From a virus, in the IMG/VR virus record IMGVR_UViG_3300045988_123643: a stretch of DNA of 54,467 nucleotides; one strand, written 5' to 3'. This document shows, one piece after another, positions 7,180 to 16,519 of the stretch. Every line of letters starts with the position of its first letter. Position 1 is the first letter of the stretch. The position numbers were made by a program, and so were the translations under genes. Below the pieces are notes generated by a model. It was not told the DNA's origin. It searched no databases and saw only the letters and a list, made by a program, of their open reading frames with translations.

Positions 7180-8379
7180 ATGGCAACAGAATTAATCAAA
7201 ATAGATGAGGTAAAAAACATCCTTTCATCCTTTCCGGACATCATCGGAAGGAATACTAGCTCTGTCAAGAAATGCAATGAAGCTGGTCAAACTCTCCTTG
7301 ATACAATCGAAGGAGAAGGTATGAATGAAGCAATAGACCAAGCTGCAGCTGACTACTTGAAAAAAGTTAGTGTAACTATCAAAAACATGGATGAACGTCG
7401 TAAACCTATCACACAGATTTTTGATAGAGTGCGTTCTTTCTTCACTTCACAGGAAAAAGAGATTGATCCTAAAGATTCTACTACAATTCCCGGAAAGCTT
7501 GTAGCAAAGCGCAATGAGTATGCTAAGTTCAAATATGAAGAAGAGCAGAAGAGAAAGAAAGAAGCAGAGCAAAGAGCTAGGATTGAGACAGAGAAAGCAA
7601 ATTATCAACAGACAATAGAGAATAGCCTTCTTTCTTATTTCAACCAGTATCTTTCAAGTAAAGTTTCTGAATTGCAGGGCATCTTCTCTAATTTGACACA
7701 TGAGAACTTCGATCGCGAAGTTATAGGAATCACAGTCTTTCAGACCGATTATCCCAAATCTCATTTTGATAAGTTTAGTGCGGATTCAGCGACTTACTAT
7801 ATCAGTCAAGAAACAAAAAAGGAGATTCGCCGAAATATCTTAGAAGGTAAATATGAACAATATGCTCAACAGTATAAGGCTAAGTTATTAAACGTTAAGC
7901 AAGATCTTACCGACCGTATTCCGTCTAAACGTAAAGAACTAGCAGAGTTGGAGCTGCTTCGTCTTGCTAATGCAGAGGCAGCCGCCAAAGCGGAAGAATT
8001 ACGCAAACAGCGTGAAATTGAAGCAACTGCTAAAAGAATGGAAGAGATAAAGAGAGAGGAAGAAGCTGCAAAACAAGAGGCTGCACTAAAGGCGCAACAA
8101 AGTTCTATCGGTAGTCTTTTTGCTGGCGCTGCAGCATCTGTTGCGCCTCCACCGACAAACGCTAAAGTAAAAGAAAAGATAGTCGTAGTTAACCAACAAG
8201 GATATTTGGAGATATTTCAGATGTGGTGGCTAAATGAAGGCCAAAGTCTGCCAGTTGAAGAACTAGAGAAAATCTTTAAGAAGATGATTACCTATTGTGA
8301 GAAACAAGCAAACAGCAAAGATCAAAAGCATATTGAATCACAATTCATCCGCTATGAAGCAGATGTAAAAGCCAAATAG
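7180..8379 (+). CDS. Coiled-coil protein of unknown function between recT and the exonuclease
   Basis: 399-aa ORF with long K/E/A-rich helical segments. Confidence 0.55.
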   Translation: MATELIKIDEVKNILSSFPDIIGRNTSSVKKCNEAGQTLLDTIEGEGMNEAIDQAAADYLKKVSVTIKNMDERRKPITQIFDRVRSFFTSQEKEIDPKDSTTIPGKLVAKRNEYAKFKYEEEQKRKKEAEQRARIETEKANYQQTIENSLLSYFNQYLSSKVSELQGIFSNLTHENFDREVIGITVFQTDYPKSHFDKFSADSATYYISQETKKEIRRNILEGKYEQYAQQYKAKLLNVKQDLTDRIPSKRKELAELELLRLANAEAAAKAEELRKQREIEATAKRMEEIKREEEAAKQEAALKAQQSSIGSLFAGAAASVAPPPTNAKVKEKIVVVNQQGYLEIFQMWWLNEGQSLPVEELEKIFKKMITYCEKQANSKDQKHIESQFIRYEADVKAK

Positions 8380-8381
8380 CC

Positions 8382-9041
8382 ATGCCAAATCCTGATTCAT
8401 ATTACTCTCGTCCCGAGGTCAGTAATTCAGACCTTACAGAACTCAAAAACTATCTTTATCCCCGTGCTCAATACGGGGATAAAGAAAAGGCATTCAAATT
8501 CGGTACTCTTGTAGACGCTCTTATCACAGAGAATGACCGTGTTCGGTATGACAAGCTGATGGTAGATGATTATGTGTACACGACAGAAGAATTTGAATTA
8601 GGACTTGAGATGCGTAAGGCTCTCCGGAAGGAAGCGGAGAAAGACCAGTTTCTTGCTGTTGTATTGGCACAGTCAGACACACAAAGGTTTATGGTTAATA
8701 AGCAGCAGGAGTTCCATTATGGAAACTTTGCCTATCACCTCGATACTCGCTGTAAATGGGATTGGTGGTTATCTGCTTACGGTTTTGGTGGCGATCTGAA
8801 AACGACCTTTGCAGAGTCTCAGGCACAATTCGATGAAGCGATAGATTTCTTTGACTGGGACCGATCCCGTGCCTGGTATATGGATATTGCAGGAAGCGAA
8901 CAGGATTTCATTTATGCAATCTCGAAAAAGAACTGCAAGATATTCAAGCATTTTATCACCGACCGTAACCACCCTACGTATATCAAGGGAAAAGAAAAGT
9001 ACGAAGACCTGGCTTTCAAATGGTGGCAATTGATGGTCTGA
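8382..9041 (+). CDS. PD-(D/E)XK exonuclease (RecE/exonuclease VIII-like partner of RecT)
   Basis: N-terminal SNSDLTELK...FKFGTLVDALITE and a later GGDLKTT (D-x-K) motif are typical of PDDEXK recombination exonucleases. Confidence 0.6.
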   Translation: MPNPDSYYSRPEVSNSDLTELKNYLYPRAQYGDKEKAFKFGTLVDALITENDRVRYDKLMVDDYVYTTEEFELGLEMRKALRKEAEKDQFLAVVLAQSDTQRFMVNKQQEFHYGNFAYHLDTRCKWDWWLSAYGFGGDLKTTFAESQAQFDEAIDFFDWDRSRAWYMDIAGSEQDFIYAISKKNCKIFKHFITDRNHPTYIKGKEKYEDLAFKWWQLMV

Positions 9042-9064
9042 TTATATTTTATCATAAAAACAAT

Positions 9065-9490
9065 ATGAACTTACTTATCACACCTAAATATCAAATATTG
9101 GATGAATTAACCAATATAGATTCATTTCTCAATATAACCATGAGTGAAGACGCGACAGAAGCTGTACAACGTGGCAATGACTTGGCTGTATATGTTGCCC
9201 GTTCCGGCAAATTACTTGCAGACTCAAAATACTGGCTCAATGAGGCGATGAAATCCGAGGTCATGCAGACGCTTGTCGATACAGCTAAGAATGCGAAAGC
9301 AACAGCGACGGCCATAAATGCTCTAGTTAACTCTCTATGTAGGGAAGAACGATATTTGGTAGACTGGTGCGAACGCTGCAATCGGACGGCAACGCATCAA
9401 CTATCGTGGTGTGTAACTGTGATAAGTAAAGCAAAAGAAGAAATGAAAATGTCCGGAATGTATAATAACAATAAAAAGCAATCATCATGA
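9065..9490 (+). CDS. Hypothetical protein
   Basis: ORF track frame 9020..9490. The ATG at 9065 avoids overlap with the upstream gene. Confidence 0.5.
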   Translation: MNLLITPKYQILDELTNIDSFLNITMSEDATEAVQRGNDLAVYVARSGKLLADSKYWLNEAMKSEVMQTLVDTAKNAKATATAINALVNSLCREERYLVDWCERCNRTATHQLSWCVTVISKAKEEMKMSGMYNNNKKQSS

Positions 9491-9672
9491 AAAACTTAAA
9501 AAGAATCACAATCGGGCTAGCCGTTATCGGTCTGTTTACGGCATTATCTTTTTCTCAAAGAGAAGATGCAACGACTAGAGAAATAACTACGGCTGCCGTC
9601 ATGGGAGTTGTATCAGCATTTAGTATTATCACTTTATCAACTAAAGAAGATTATGGAACAAGTAAAAAATGA
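9487..9672 (+). CDS. Small membrane protein (2 predicted TM helices)
   Basis: 61-aa ORF with an ATGA overlap with the upstream gene. Confidence 0.4.
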   Translation: MKNLKRITIGLAVIGLFTALSFSQREDATTREITTAAVMGVVSAFSIITLSTKEDYGTSKK

Positions 9673-10255
9673 GATCAAGAAGGCGGTTATTAAAAAAGAC
9701 CGCTTGAATGTAGTGTACAATGAGCGTTTCTCGGAAGCGAACTACACGAATGTAATTAACAAGAGCTGCGATCAGATCATCCACAGTGATTTAAGAGAAG
9801 CGTTTAGCCGGCTTAAATTACATCTCGTTGTATTGTGTGAGCAGCCAGAGGCATCTAATATCAACAAAGATAGCTTTACTTCTCCGGGCTATGCAGAGAC
9901 TCTGGAAAACTATATCATTACGGGCTATGCAAATGACAGCGTCGATGGTGTTTCTGGAATTACCATCATGGGAGCTAAACTTCTCCAGTCCGGCAAAGTT
10001 GTTGACCTGAAAATCTTCGTTCCTCTCCTTGATGCAGACTACCCTTACTATGAAGAATTGAGTATTGATGCTGCAGCTTGTGATGCGGAAGTTGAAAGTT
10101 ATCTGTTTGAAGAGAAATGGGGAGTTAGACAAGAGCGGCTTGATTTCGAAACGGATGAACCGGAAGAGGCTGTCGTAATGGAAGAAGAAAAACCGAAAGG
10201 GAGGGGACGTAAGAAGCGATTAGAAACTCCTGTACCTCTTGACGCAACCGCATAA
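9653..10255 (+). CDS. Hypothetical protein with an acidic C-terminus and a KPKGRGRKKR basic patch
   Basis: Frame 9608..10255. The ATG at 9653 (MEQVKNEIKK) minimises overlap. Confidence 0.5.
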   Translation: MEQVKNEIKKAVIKKDRLNVVYNERFSEANYTNVINKSCDQIIHSDLREAFSRLKLHLVVLCEQPEASNINKDSFTSPGYAETLENYIITGYANDSVDGVSGITIMGAKLLQSGKVVDLKIFVPLLDADYPYYEELSIDAAACDAEVESYLFEEKWGVRQERLDFETDEPEEAVVMEEEKPKGRGRKKRLETPVPLDATA

Positions 10256-10301
10256 TCAATCATTACAGGGGGATAACTCCCCCTACTAAATACTCTGAAT
10301 C

Positions 10302-11972
10302 ATGAATATTGAATTAAAAGGAGATAATTTCGAATTATCATTCAAATATAAGACTTCAATAATAGATCGGGTTAGACAGATTCCCGGTAGACGTTTTGAT
10401 GGCACTAAAAAAGTTTGGATTGTCCCGACAAGGAGTAGGGTAGAGCTTGAAAGGGTGATTTATCAAATACAGCAGTTTGAGAATATAAATTGGGTAAACG
10501 GTACAGAAAAAAAGGAGGAAGATATCGCTTATGATATTCCGGAACTACCGGATCTAACCGTTCCGCACAATTTAAAGATTCAGCCTTATCCTTATCAACT
10601 TAAAGGCATTGCACGAGGATTGGAGCTAAAACGGTTTATGAATTGCGATGAACCGGGACTGGGTAAGACATTGCAGAGTATAGCAACAATAAACCTTGCT
10701 GATGCTTTTCCTTGTCTTGTCATTTGCCCGTCTTCACTCAAAATAAACTGGCTGCGTGAATGGGAGAAATTTACAGATAAGAAAGCGATGATCCTAACCG
10801 ACAAGGTACGTGATACGTGGACTTTCTTCTTCCAGACAGGAATGCATCAGGTGTTTATTGTTAACTATGAATCATTAAAGAAATACTTCGTACAACGCAT
10901 AAAGAAAGCCGAAGGCTGGACGTTGAGAGATGTAGAATTTAGAAACTCAATCAATTTATTCAAGTCAGTTATCATTGATGAAAGTCACCGTTGCAAATCT
11001 GCATCTACCCAGCAGGCTAAATTCTGTAAAGGGATATGCACCGGCAAAGAATGGGTGATAGAGCTTACTGGAACACCGGTAGTAAATCGGCCTAAAGATT
11101 TGATTCCACAGCTGGCGATTCTAAACCGTATGGAGGATTTTGGTGGCTATAAACCATTTGTTAACCGATACTGCTCCGGACAAAGAGAGGCTTCTAATTT
11201 GAAAGAACTGAATTTCAATCTTTGGCAGTATTGTATGTTTCGTCGTGAAAAGTCTCTTGTTCTTACAGACCTTCCGGATAAGATACGTCAGGTTAATACT
11301 TGCGAAATTACAAATCGCAAAGAGTATATGGATGCAGAACGCGACCTTATTATGTATCTACAGAAATACAAGGATGCTGACGATGATAAGATAGAAAAGG
11401 CTCTACGTGGCGAAGTGATGGTACGTATCAATATTCTCCGGCAAATTTCTGCTCGTGGCAAAGTACGTGATGTTATTGAATTTGTGAAAGACTTCAGGGA
11501 GAATGGGAAGAAGATTATTCTCTTTTGTTCACTTCATGAAGTTGTAGACCAGTTGAAACGTTACTTTCCCACCGCTGTATCGGTTACCGGTAGAGATTCA
11601 CAGGATGAGAAACAAAGAGCGGTTGACGCCTTTCAGAACAATCCTAAAGCGGATATTATCATTTGTTCAATAAAGGCGGCCGGAGTTGGTTTAACGCTTA
11701 CTGCATCTAGTAATGTTGCCTTTGTTGAGTTTCCTTGGACATACGCTGACTGTTGTCAATGTGAGGACCGAGCACACCGCATCGGACAAAAAGACTCTGT
11801 TACCTGTTACTATTTCCTAGGCCGGCGGACAATAGATGAAAAAGTTTATCGGATCATTCAGGAGAAGAAAAACATAGCCAATGCTGTAACAGGATCTACG
11901 GAAGATATTGAGGAAAATATTGTCGACATGGTTGCGCGTATTTTTGATACAGATTACGACGAAGAAGATTAA
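10302..11972 (+). CDS. SNF2-family helicase/translocase
   Basis: Motif I DEPGLGKTLQ, motif II IIDESHRCK, and a helicase-C region with ICSIKAAGVGLTLT and EDRAHRIGQK. Confidence 0.85.
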   Translation: MNIELKGDNFELSFKYKTSIIDRVRQIPGRRFDGTKKVWIVPTRSRVELERVIYQIQQFENINWVNGTEKKEEDIAYDIPELPDLTVPHNLKIQPYPYQLKGIARGLELKRFMNCDEPGLGKTLQSIATINLADAFPCLVICPSSLKINWLREWEKFTDKKAMILTDKVRDTWTFFFQTGMHQVFIVNYESLKKYFVQRIKKAEGWTLRDVEFRNSINLFKSVIIDESHRCKSASTQQAKFCKGICTGKEWVIELTGTPVVNRPKDLIPQLAILNRMEDFGGYKPFVNRYCSGQREASNLKELNFNLWQYCMFRREKSLVLTDLPDKIRQVNTCEITNRKEYMDAERDLIMYLQKYKDADDDKIEKALRGEVMVRINILRQISARGKVRDVIEFVKDFRENGKKIILFCSLHEVVDQLKRYFPTAVSVTGRDSQDEKQRAVDAFQNNPKADIIICSIKAAGVGLTLTASSNVAFVEFPWTYADCCQCEDRAHRIGQKDSVTCYYFLGRRTIDEKVYRIIQEKKNIANAVTGSTEDIEENIVDMVARIFDTDYDEED

Positions 11973-11983
11973 CAAATAAAGAT

Positions 11984-12232
11984 ATGAAGAAAATACAATT
12001 TAAAGCAGGGTGGATTCCAAATGTTATTCACTTTTTTCCGTATATCAGAATTAGTCGAGGTGAATATGCAGCTAATTGGAAAAGGTTTGCAATAGAAATA
12101 GGTTTTTGGTATTGGGCGATAGGATGGTTCTTTGCATTAATACTTTACTGCGATAAATGTGGAGCCTATTTAAAGTGTGATTGTAATTGTGATGATGATT
12201 GGTTTGATTTAGATGATGAATATGAAGATTAA
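11984..12232 (+). CDS. Hypothetical Cys-rich, acidic-tailed small protein
   Basis: 82-aa ORF containing CDKCGAYLKCDCNCDDD. Confidence 0.45.
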   Translation: MKKIQFKAGWIPNVIHFFPYIRISRGEYAANWKRFAIEIGFWYWAIGWFFALILYCDKCGAYLKCDCNCDDDWFDLDDEYED

Positions 12233-12261
12233 CTAATAACAAATCAAGAAAGGAACTAAAT

Positions 12262-12492
12262 ATGAAAACATTTGAAGGAACATATACTATTAAATGGGGT
12301 AAAAATACTGCTCCAGACATTAGACCTATTGTTTTTGATTGCGAGACAGAAGAAGAACTTAAAAAGGAGCAGCAACGTATTATTGCTGCCTATTCCAAGG
12401 GAGATGATAAGAGCTGCGCTTTTTATCAGGAATGGCATGATAATTTCCTACCACCGCATTCAATCATATTCAAAATGAGTGAGCGAAAATAA
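12262..12492 (+). CDS. Hypothetical 76-aa protein
   Basis: ORF in line with the early operon. Confidence 0.45.
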   Translation: MKTFEGTYTIKWGKNTAPDIRPIVFDCETEEELKKEQQRIIAAYSKGDDKSCAFYQEWHDNFLPPHSIIFKMSERK

Positions 12493-12516
12493 AATTGTAT
12501 TCAAAACAAATCAGAA

Positions 12517-12837
12517 ATGAATAAAATAACAGTTGATAATTCAGAATCTTATTGGGAACAGAACGTCAATTATCCTAATGACTATAACTTGATAAAAGTA
12601 GAGTATATAATGGGTAAAAGCATGATGTTTGATAAATGGGAAACAAGAATCTATGGATGGGTTCAAGAAGTGATAGTCGGTGAAAATAAAGGGAAAATCG
12701 AAGCAGGCTATCCCACTCCATACGATGAGGAAACAGGCTCGGATGCTGTTTCATTAGGTTATTTTGATAATATTGAGGATGCAATGAAAGCTGTTTTAGA
12801 AAGTAATCATCCTGATTGTAGTGGATATTATATTTAA
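12517..12837 (+). CDS. Hypothetical 106-aa protein
   Basis: ORF in line with the early operon. Confidence 0.5.
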   Translation: MNKITVDNSESYWEQNVNYPNDYNLIKVEYIMGKSMMFDKWETRIYGWVQEVIVGENKGKIEAGYPTPYDEETGSDAVSLGYFDNIEDAMKAVLESNHPDCSGYYI

Positions 12838-12938
12838 CGTATAACAATTAAGATTTTAAAGAATAGCAACTTAAAAAATAAGAACAATAAATGTGTATAT
12901 AGTGGGAGAGACATTATTTTTGGAGAGTATTATAAATC

Positions 12939-12967
12939 AAAAAATCCCGAGTCGTTTCTGACTCGGG
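12939..12967 (-). terminator. Intrinsic terminator (8-bp stem CCCGAGTC/GACTCGGG followed by a T-run on the minus strand)
   Basis: Hairpin at 12946..12967. The minus strand then reads ATTTTTT. Sits downstream of the counter-strand gene 13033..13242. Confidence 0.5.
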
Positions 12968-13032
12968 TAAGTTCTCCAACTAAAGTTATTCCATATCTTC
13001 AATTGGAGTGTTCTAGTATGTAATAGTTATAC

Positions 13033-13242
13033 TTATTCGATTATTTTTATCAATAATTCGATTAAACTAATTGTTGGTATGGGCTTGCTTGCAATTTGAT
13101 TATATACAGAAATGCTTATATATATTAATGTCCATATAATAGTTGAAAATATCGCTTGTTGTATCTTGGCGATTAGCATTTGTCTCATCCAGCCACTAAT
13201 TTTTTTTATTCTCTTAAGGAGAATGCTATAAAATTTGTTCAT
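13033..13242 (-). CDS. Small counter-strand membrane protein
   Basis: 69-aa ORF with a hydrophobic core IFSTIIWTLIYISISVY and its own terminator, embedded in a roughly 700-bp low-coding gap of the plus-strand arm. Confidence 0.4.
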   Translation of the reverse strand: MNKFYSILLKRIKKISGWMRQMLIAKIQQAIFSTIIWTLIYISISVYNQIASKPIPTISLIELLIKIIE

Positions 13243-13382
13243 ACTTTTTTATAAAACATATGTTTATCTGGATTTTTGTCAATAGCTATTGGCACTTTTA
13301 AAAAAAATATTTTAAAAAATCTCACTTTTATAAGAATGATGTTTAGGGCATCCCTCAAATTAAATCAGAAAGAAGCTAAAGT

Positions 13383-13535
13383 ATGCGAATGATAAAGAAA
13401 CAGGCTGCAAAGTTGGAAGAGCTTGAAGCTAGGCGAGAAAGGCTTGTTAATCGTGTTGCTAAACTCGATCTAAAAATCGAAGAGCAAAAAGAGAAAATAG
13501 TCCAGTATTATGGACAACAAGGTATTAACGTATAA
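13383..13535 (+). CDS. Possible 50-aa coiled-coil ORF
   Basis: Hand translation gives MRMIKKQAAKLEELEARRERLVNRVAKLDLKIEEQKEKIVQYYGQQGINV. Below the ORF-track cutoff. Confidence 0.25.
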   Translation: MRMIKKQAAKLEELEARRERLVNRVAKLDLKIEEQKEKIVQYYGQQGINV

Positions 13536-13544
13536 AAAGTAAAT

Positions 13545-13823
13545 ATGAGCAAATATACAGCAAAGCAAATAGCTGAATCTGACGAACTATTTGAAAAGCA
13601 AATACATAAAGTCAGAAAGTTTTATTTGAGTCGTAATCCCGATAAAATGATGATGCTTGAAGAAAGAAAAGCCGTCATTAAAGAACAAAATAAAGGTCTT
13701 TCCCCGGAATATGATAAGGAGTATTATTGTGGAACTTGTGGAGCTAAAGACGGTGCAGAACATCCTAAAAGTGGATATTGCTTTCACTGTGATACTGATA
13801 ACTGGATTTCAAAGAATAACTAA
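13545..13823 (+). CDS. Hypothetical zinc-ribbon protein
   Basis: CGTCG...CFHCD pair in a 92-aa ORF. Confidence 0.5.
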   Translation: MSKYTAKQIAESDELFEKQIHKVRKFYLSRNPDKMMMLEERKAVIKEQNKGLSPEYDKEYYCGTCGAKDGAEHPKSGYCFHCDTDNWISKNN

Positions 13824-13893
13824 TAATAAGTAGAAAGGAGAAAATTATGGGAGTAGATATATCAGCTCTAAAAATAAAAAAATATAGAATTAA

Positions 13894-14136
13894 ATGAGAC
13901 GTCCACAAAGTAATGGATTATTCGAAGTTGCGGGAGGTCAAGAGAAAGAGCATGGTTTCTGTTGCATGAAGCTGATTACTTTCCTTTCCGCTAATAATGT
14001 AATAAGTTGGGATGAATGGCATGGAGCTCATCTCTCTGCAATGTCAGGGAGATGTCCGTACGCTTCGCAATGTCCGATTTATGAGAGAACGATAACAGTA
14101 GTAGGTAGAAGGCCAATACAATTTAGCTTATTTTGA
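13894..14136 (+). CDS. Hypothetical 80-aa protein
   Basis: ORF only. Start is uncertain. Confidence 0.35.
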   Translation: MRRPQSNGLFEVAGGQEKEHGFCCMKLITFLSANNVISWDEWHGAHLSAMSGRCPYASQCPIYERTITVVGRRPIQFSLF

Positions 14137-14140
14137 ATTA

Positions 14141-14614
14141 ATGACTAAAGAAAAGTGCATTTTATGTGGAAAGGAAACGGTGTCAGTTATTAAGACCGAT
14201 ACCGGTTTTATGTGTTATAATTGCTATGCTGATCAGCGTAATCCTCCACGTTCTAAAGAAGTACATAATAATGAAGAAGCTCGTATACAAACAGAGTTTT
14301 TCAAACTTATCCCTTTATATTTCCCCAATATTCCGGACAGACTTATATTTGCCGTTCCGAACGGTGGTAGTCGTCATGTAAAGGAAGCCGCTAACCTTAA
14401 ACGGCAAGGAGTAAAGCCCGGAGTTTCCGATGTAATCGTACTCATACCGAAAAAGGGGTTTGCTTCGCTCTGTTTAGAGTTCAAGATTAAGACTGGGAAA
14501 CAATCAGATCATCAAAAAGAATTTCAAAAACAAGCGGAATTATGCCGCAATAAGTATGTAGTAGTCCGAAGTGCATCACAAGCAATTGAAGAACTAAAGA
14601 AATATCTTTTTTAA
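14141..14614 (+). CDS. VRR-NUC domain nuclease with an N-terminal zinc ribbon
   Basis: FAVPNGGSRHVKEAANLKRQGVKPGVSDVIVL...LCLEFKIKTGKQSDHQKEF matches the VRR-NUC pattern (NGG..R, G.PD, E.K, Q). Confidence 0.75.
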   Translation: MTKEKCILCGKETVSVIKTDTGFMCYNCYADQRNPPRSKEVHNNEEARIQTEFFKLIPLYFPNIPDRLIFAVPNGGSRHVKEAANLKRQGVKPGVSDVIVLIPKKGFASLCLEFKIKTGKQSDHQKEFQKQAELCRNKYVVVRSASQAIEELKKYLF

Positions 14615-14740
14615 TAGGAATGTAGTAGGTGATACAGAATTTCTTTGAAATCATACCGAAACTCCTTGCTAAAAACAGATATTGCACTGATGAAAGGAGG
14701 TAATTGTCTTTTTTATTATCTTTGTTCTAAAATTATCAGT

Positions 14741-15028
14741 ATGACATTTGAAGAAGCAGTTTCTTTGGTTGACAGAATTAAAGATCAGGTTGTCGGTGCT
14801 CCTGTAAAGGGAAGGTTTATTGAATCTTTGTTCATCGGGCCGACCTGTTGGGATGAAATGCATATCTTTATGAACATTTGTTTGCAGAAAGGGGAGGATG
14901 AAGCTATTAGTGAGTTTCTCGGAAAAAGTTTCTCCGTGTATGGCAAATCTGTTACCTATATCAAGCCGGATCTTCCCAAGTGGGATGTAACAGTATTGGA
15001 TGATTGGGAGAAGACAATATATAATTGA
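14741..15028 (+). CDS. Hypothetical protein, last gene of the rightward arm
   Basis: Frame 14645..15028 starts at a TTG. The ATG at 14741 (MTFEEAVSL) is more plausible. Confidence 0.45.
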   Translation: MTFEEAVSLVDRIKDQVVGAPVKGRFIESLFIGPTCWDEMHIFMNICLQKGEDEAISEFLGKSFSVYGKSVTYIKPDLPKWDVTVLDDWEKTIYN

Positions 15029-15056
15029 GAGGTAGCTTATTCGGCTACCTCTTTTT
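15027..15056 (+). terminator. Intrinsic terminator at the convergence of the two arms
   Basis: 9-bp stem AGAGGTAGC/GCTACCTCT, loop TTATTCG, then TTTTT. Overlaps the last codons of the convergent AbiH-like gene. Confidence 0.6.
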
Positions 15057-16356
15057 CTGTCGGAACTAAAGGAGAACAGTTTTCTCGGTTTACAACTATA
15101 TCACGCATATTAGGCTTATTATTAAAATTGCGAGATATGTTTTTTATTAAATCAATATAGTTATCTGCCCCATCTTCATACTGTCGATAAAAGACTTTAA
15201 TTGATATGCAATTATCATGTTCAAATAAAGTATTTAATAACGTCCGATCAGAATTTCCACAAGAATGCCCCATTATAAAAATCTGATATGGGCCTAATGA
15301 AATAAAATTCAGTAGTTCTCTATAGCTTCTTGTTTTATGATAACTTATTGATTTAATATTCTCTAGAAAATCATTGTTCTGCAATTTCTCTATTTTATTA
15401 TAATCATCATCTAATTCATCACCATATCCGAATATGATGGGATTATTCTTACTGTTAAGTTCTCCATGAATATTGATGATTTCATCAATATTATGATCAT
15501 TATATAACGTTTTCGCTATTTGGGTGTAATTGAAATTCAAAAGTAATGTGTATGGTAGAAGATGAAACTTTTTAAAAGACTCATTTTTGAGTTTTTTTTC
15601 AATAAATATTATTCGGGCCTCATTTTCTGTAAGGCAGTACTTATATGTTTTATTATCAACTTTTCTATCATATTCAAATTCATCAATTGTATTAGTTTGG
15701 ACCATTTCAGCAAAAATAGAATTTACATATACAGTTTGTTTACAATTAGCAATATCGTCAAATTCTACAAAACTTGAAAAAGCGTCTTGTATAGATTGAT
15801 GTTTTGCAATTTCAGTCTTTTCTATAATTTCTGTTAAATATTTTTCTAGCAATCTTTTTACATCATCAAACTCTTTATTAAGAGTACGGATACTTTCGTT
15901 TTGCTTTTGGGGATTTTCTTCCTGAAGTAACTCTTTCAATACACTATAATATTCATTTTCTATATCTACCCAATTTACAAGAGAACATTGATGAGATATA
16001 CGCTCAAAAAAATGATTTTTGAACTTTAAATGAACTGTCACATTTGAACTAGGATCATTATTATGCTCATCAATTAGTGTATGCAATTTCCATAAAGGAC
16101 TATCTTCTTTATAAGAAGATAGTCCTTTATTAACTCCGGCTTTATCATATTCTTTTTTAATTTTTATAAACTGATCTTCATAGTCATTAAGAGGGTGTTT
16201 ACCCCCTCCTCCATATTGTTGGTCTAACAACCGCCAGTATTTATCATAAATCCCTTCTTCAACAGTAGCCCAATAATCATTTATAAAATCTTTATATCCA
16301 GTCTTTAAATTGTGAGCTAAGTCAAAACCGTTGCCAATAATTATAATTCTATTCAT
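15037..16356 (-). CDS. AbiH-family abortive-infection protein
   Basis: N-terminus MNRIIIIGNGFDLAHNLKTGYKDFINDYW matches the AbiH family signature (IIGNGFDlahgl.T.Y.dF). Confidence 0.75.
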   Translation of the reverse strand: MNRIIIIGNGFDLAHNLKTGYKDFINDYWATVEEGIYDKYWRLLDQQYGGGGKHPLNDYEDQFIKIKKEYDKAGVNKGLSSYKEDSPLWKLHTLIDEHNNDPSSNVTVHLKFKNHFFERISHQCSLVNWVDIENEYYSVLKELLQEENPQKQNESIRTLNKEFDDVKRLLEKYLTEIIEKTEIAKHQSIQDAFSSFVEFDDIANCKQTVYVNSIFAEMVQTNTIDEFEYDRKVDNKTYKYCLTENEARIIFIEKKLKNESFKKFHLLPYTLLLNFNYTQIAKTLYNDHNIDEIINIHGELNSKNNPIIFGYGDELDDDYNKIEKLQNNDFLENIKSISYHKTRSYRELLNFISLGPYQIFIMGHSCGNSDRTLLNTLFEHDNCISIKVFYRQYEDGADNYIDLIKNISRNFNNKPNMRDIVVNRENCSPLVPTEKEVAE

Positions 16357-16386
16357 ACTAGAGGTTCATTAAGTTAATAAAAAATT

Positions 16387-16509
16387 TCATAACTCCTGAA
16401 CGGAATCATGACCATATTTATTTTCTTCTGCCATTACTTCTGTCATCCTATTGGAGTTTTTGGGGGGATGATTAACAATTATAGCTTTTATTGTATCATT
16501 GGTTAGCAT
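16387..16509 (-). CDS. Possible 40-aa ORF between the HNH-like and AbiH-like genes
   Basis: Hand translation gives MLTNDTIKAIIVNHPPKNSNRMTEVMAEENKYGHDSVQEL. Below the ORF-track cutoff. Confidence 0.25.
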   Translation of the reverse strand: MLTNDTIKAIIVNHPPKNSNRMTEVMAEENKYGHDSVQEL

Positions 16510-16519
16510 CGGTCAATAC

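Noticed and set aside
8605-9033. Nested ORFs (8605..8799 plus, 8769..9029 minus, 8851..9033 plus) inside the exonuclease gene
   Set aside because: They are fully contained in a longer ORF that carries recognisable PD-(D/E)XK motifs. Their products are low-complexity or Arg/Ser-rich, which is typical of off-frame translation.
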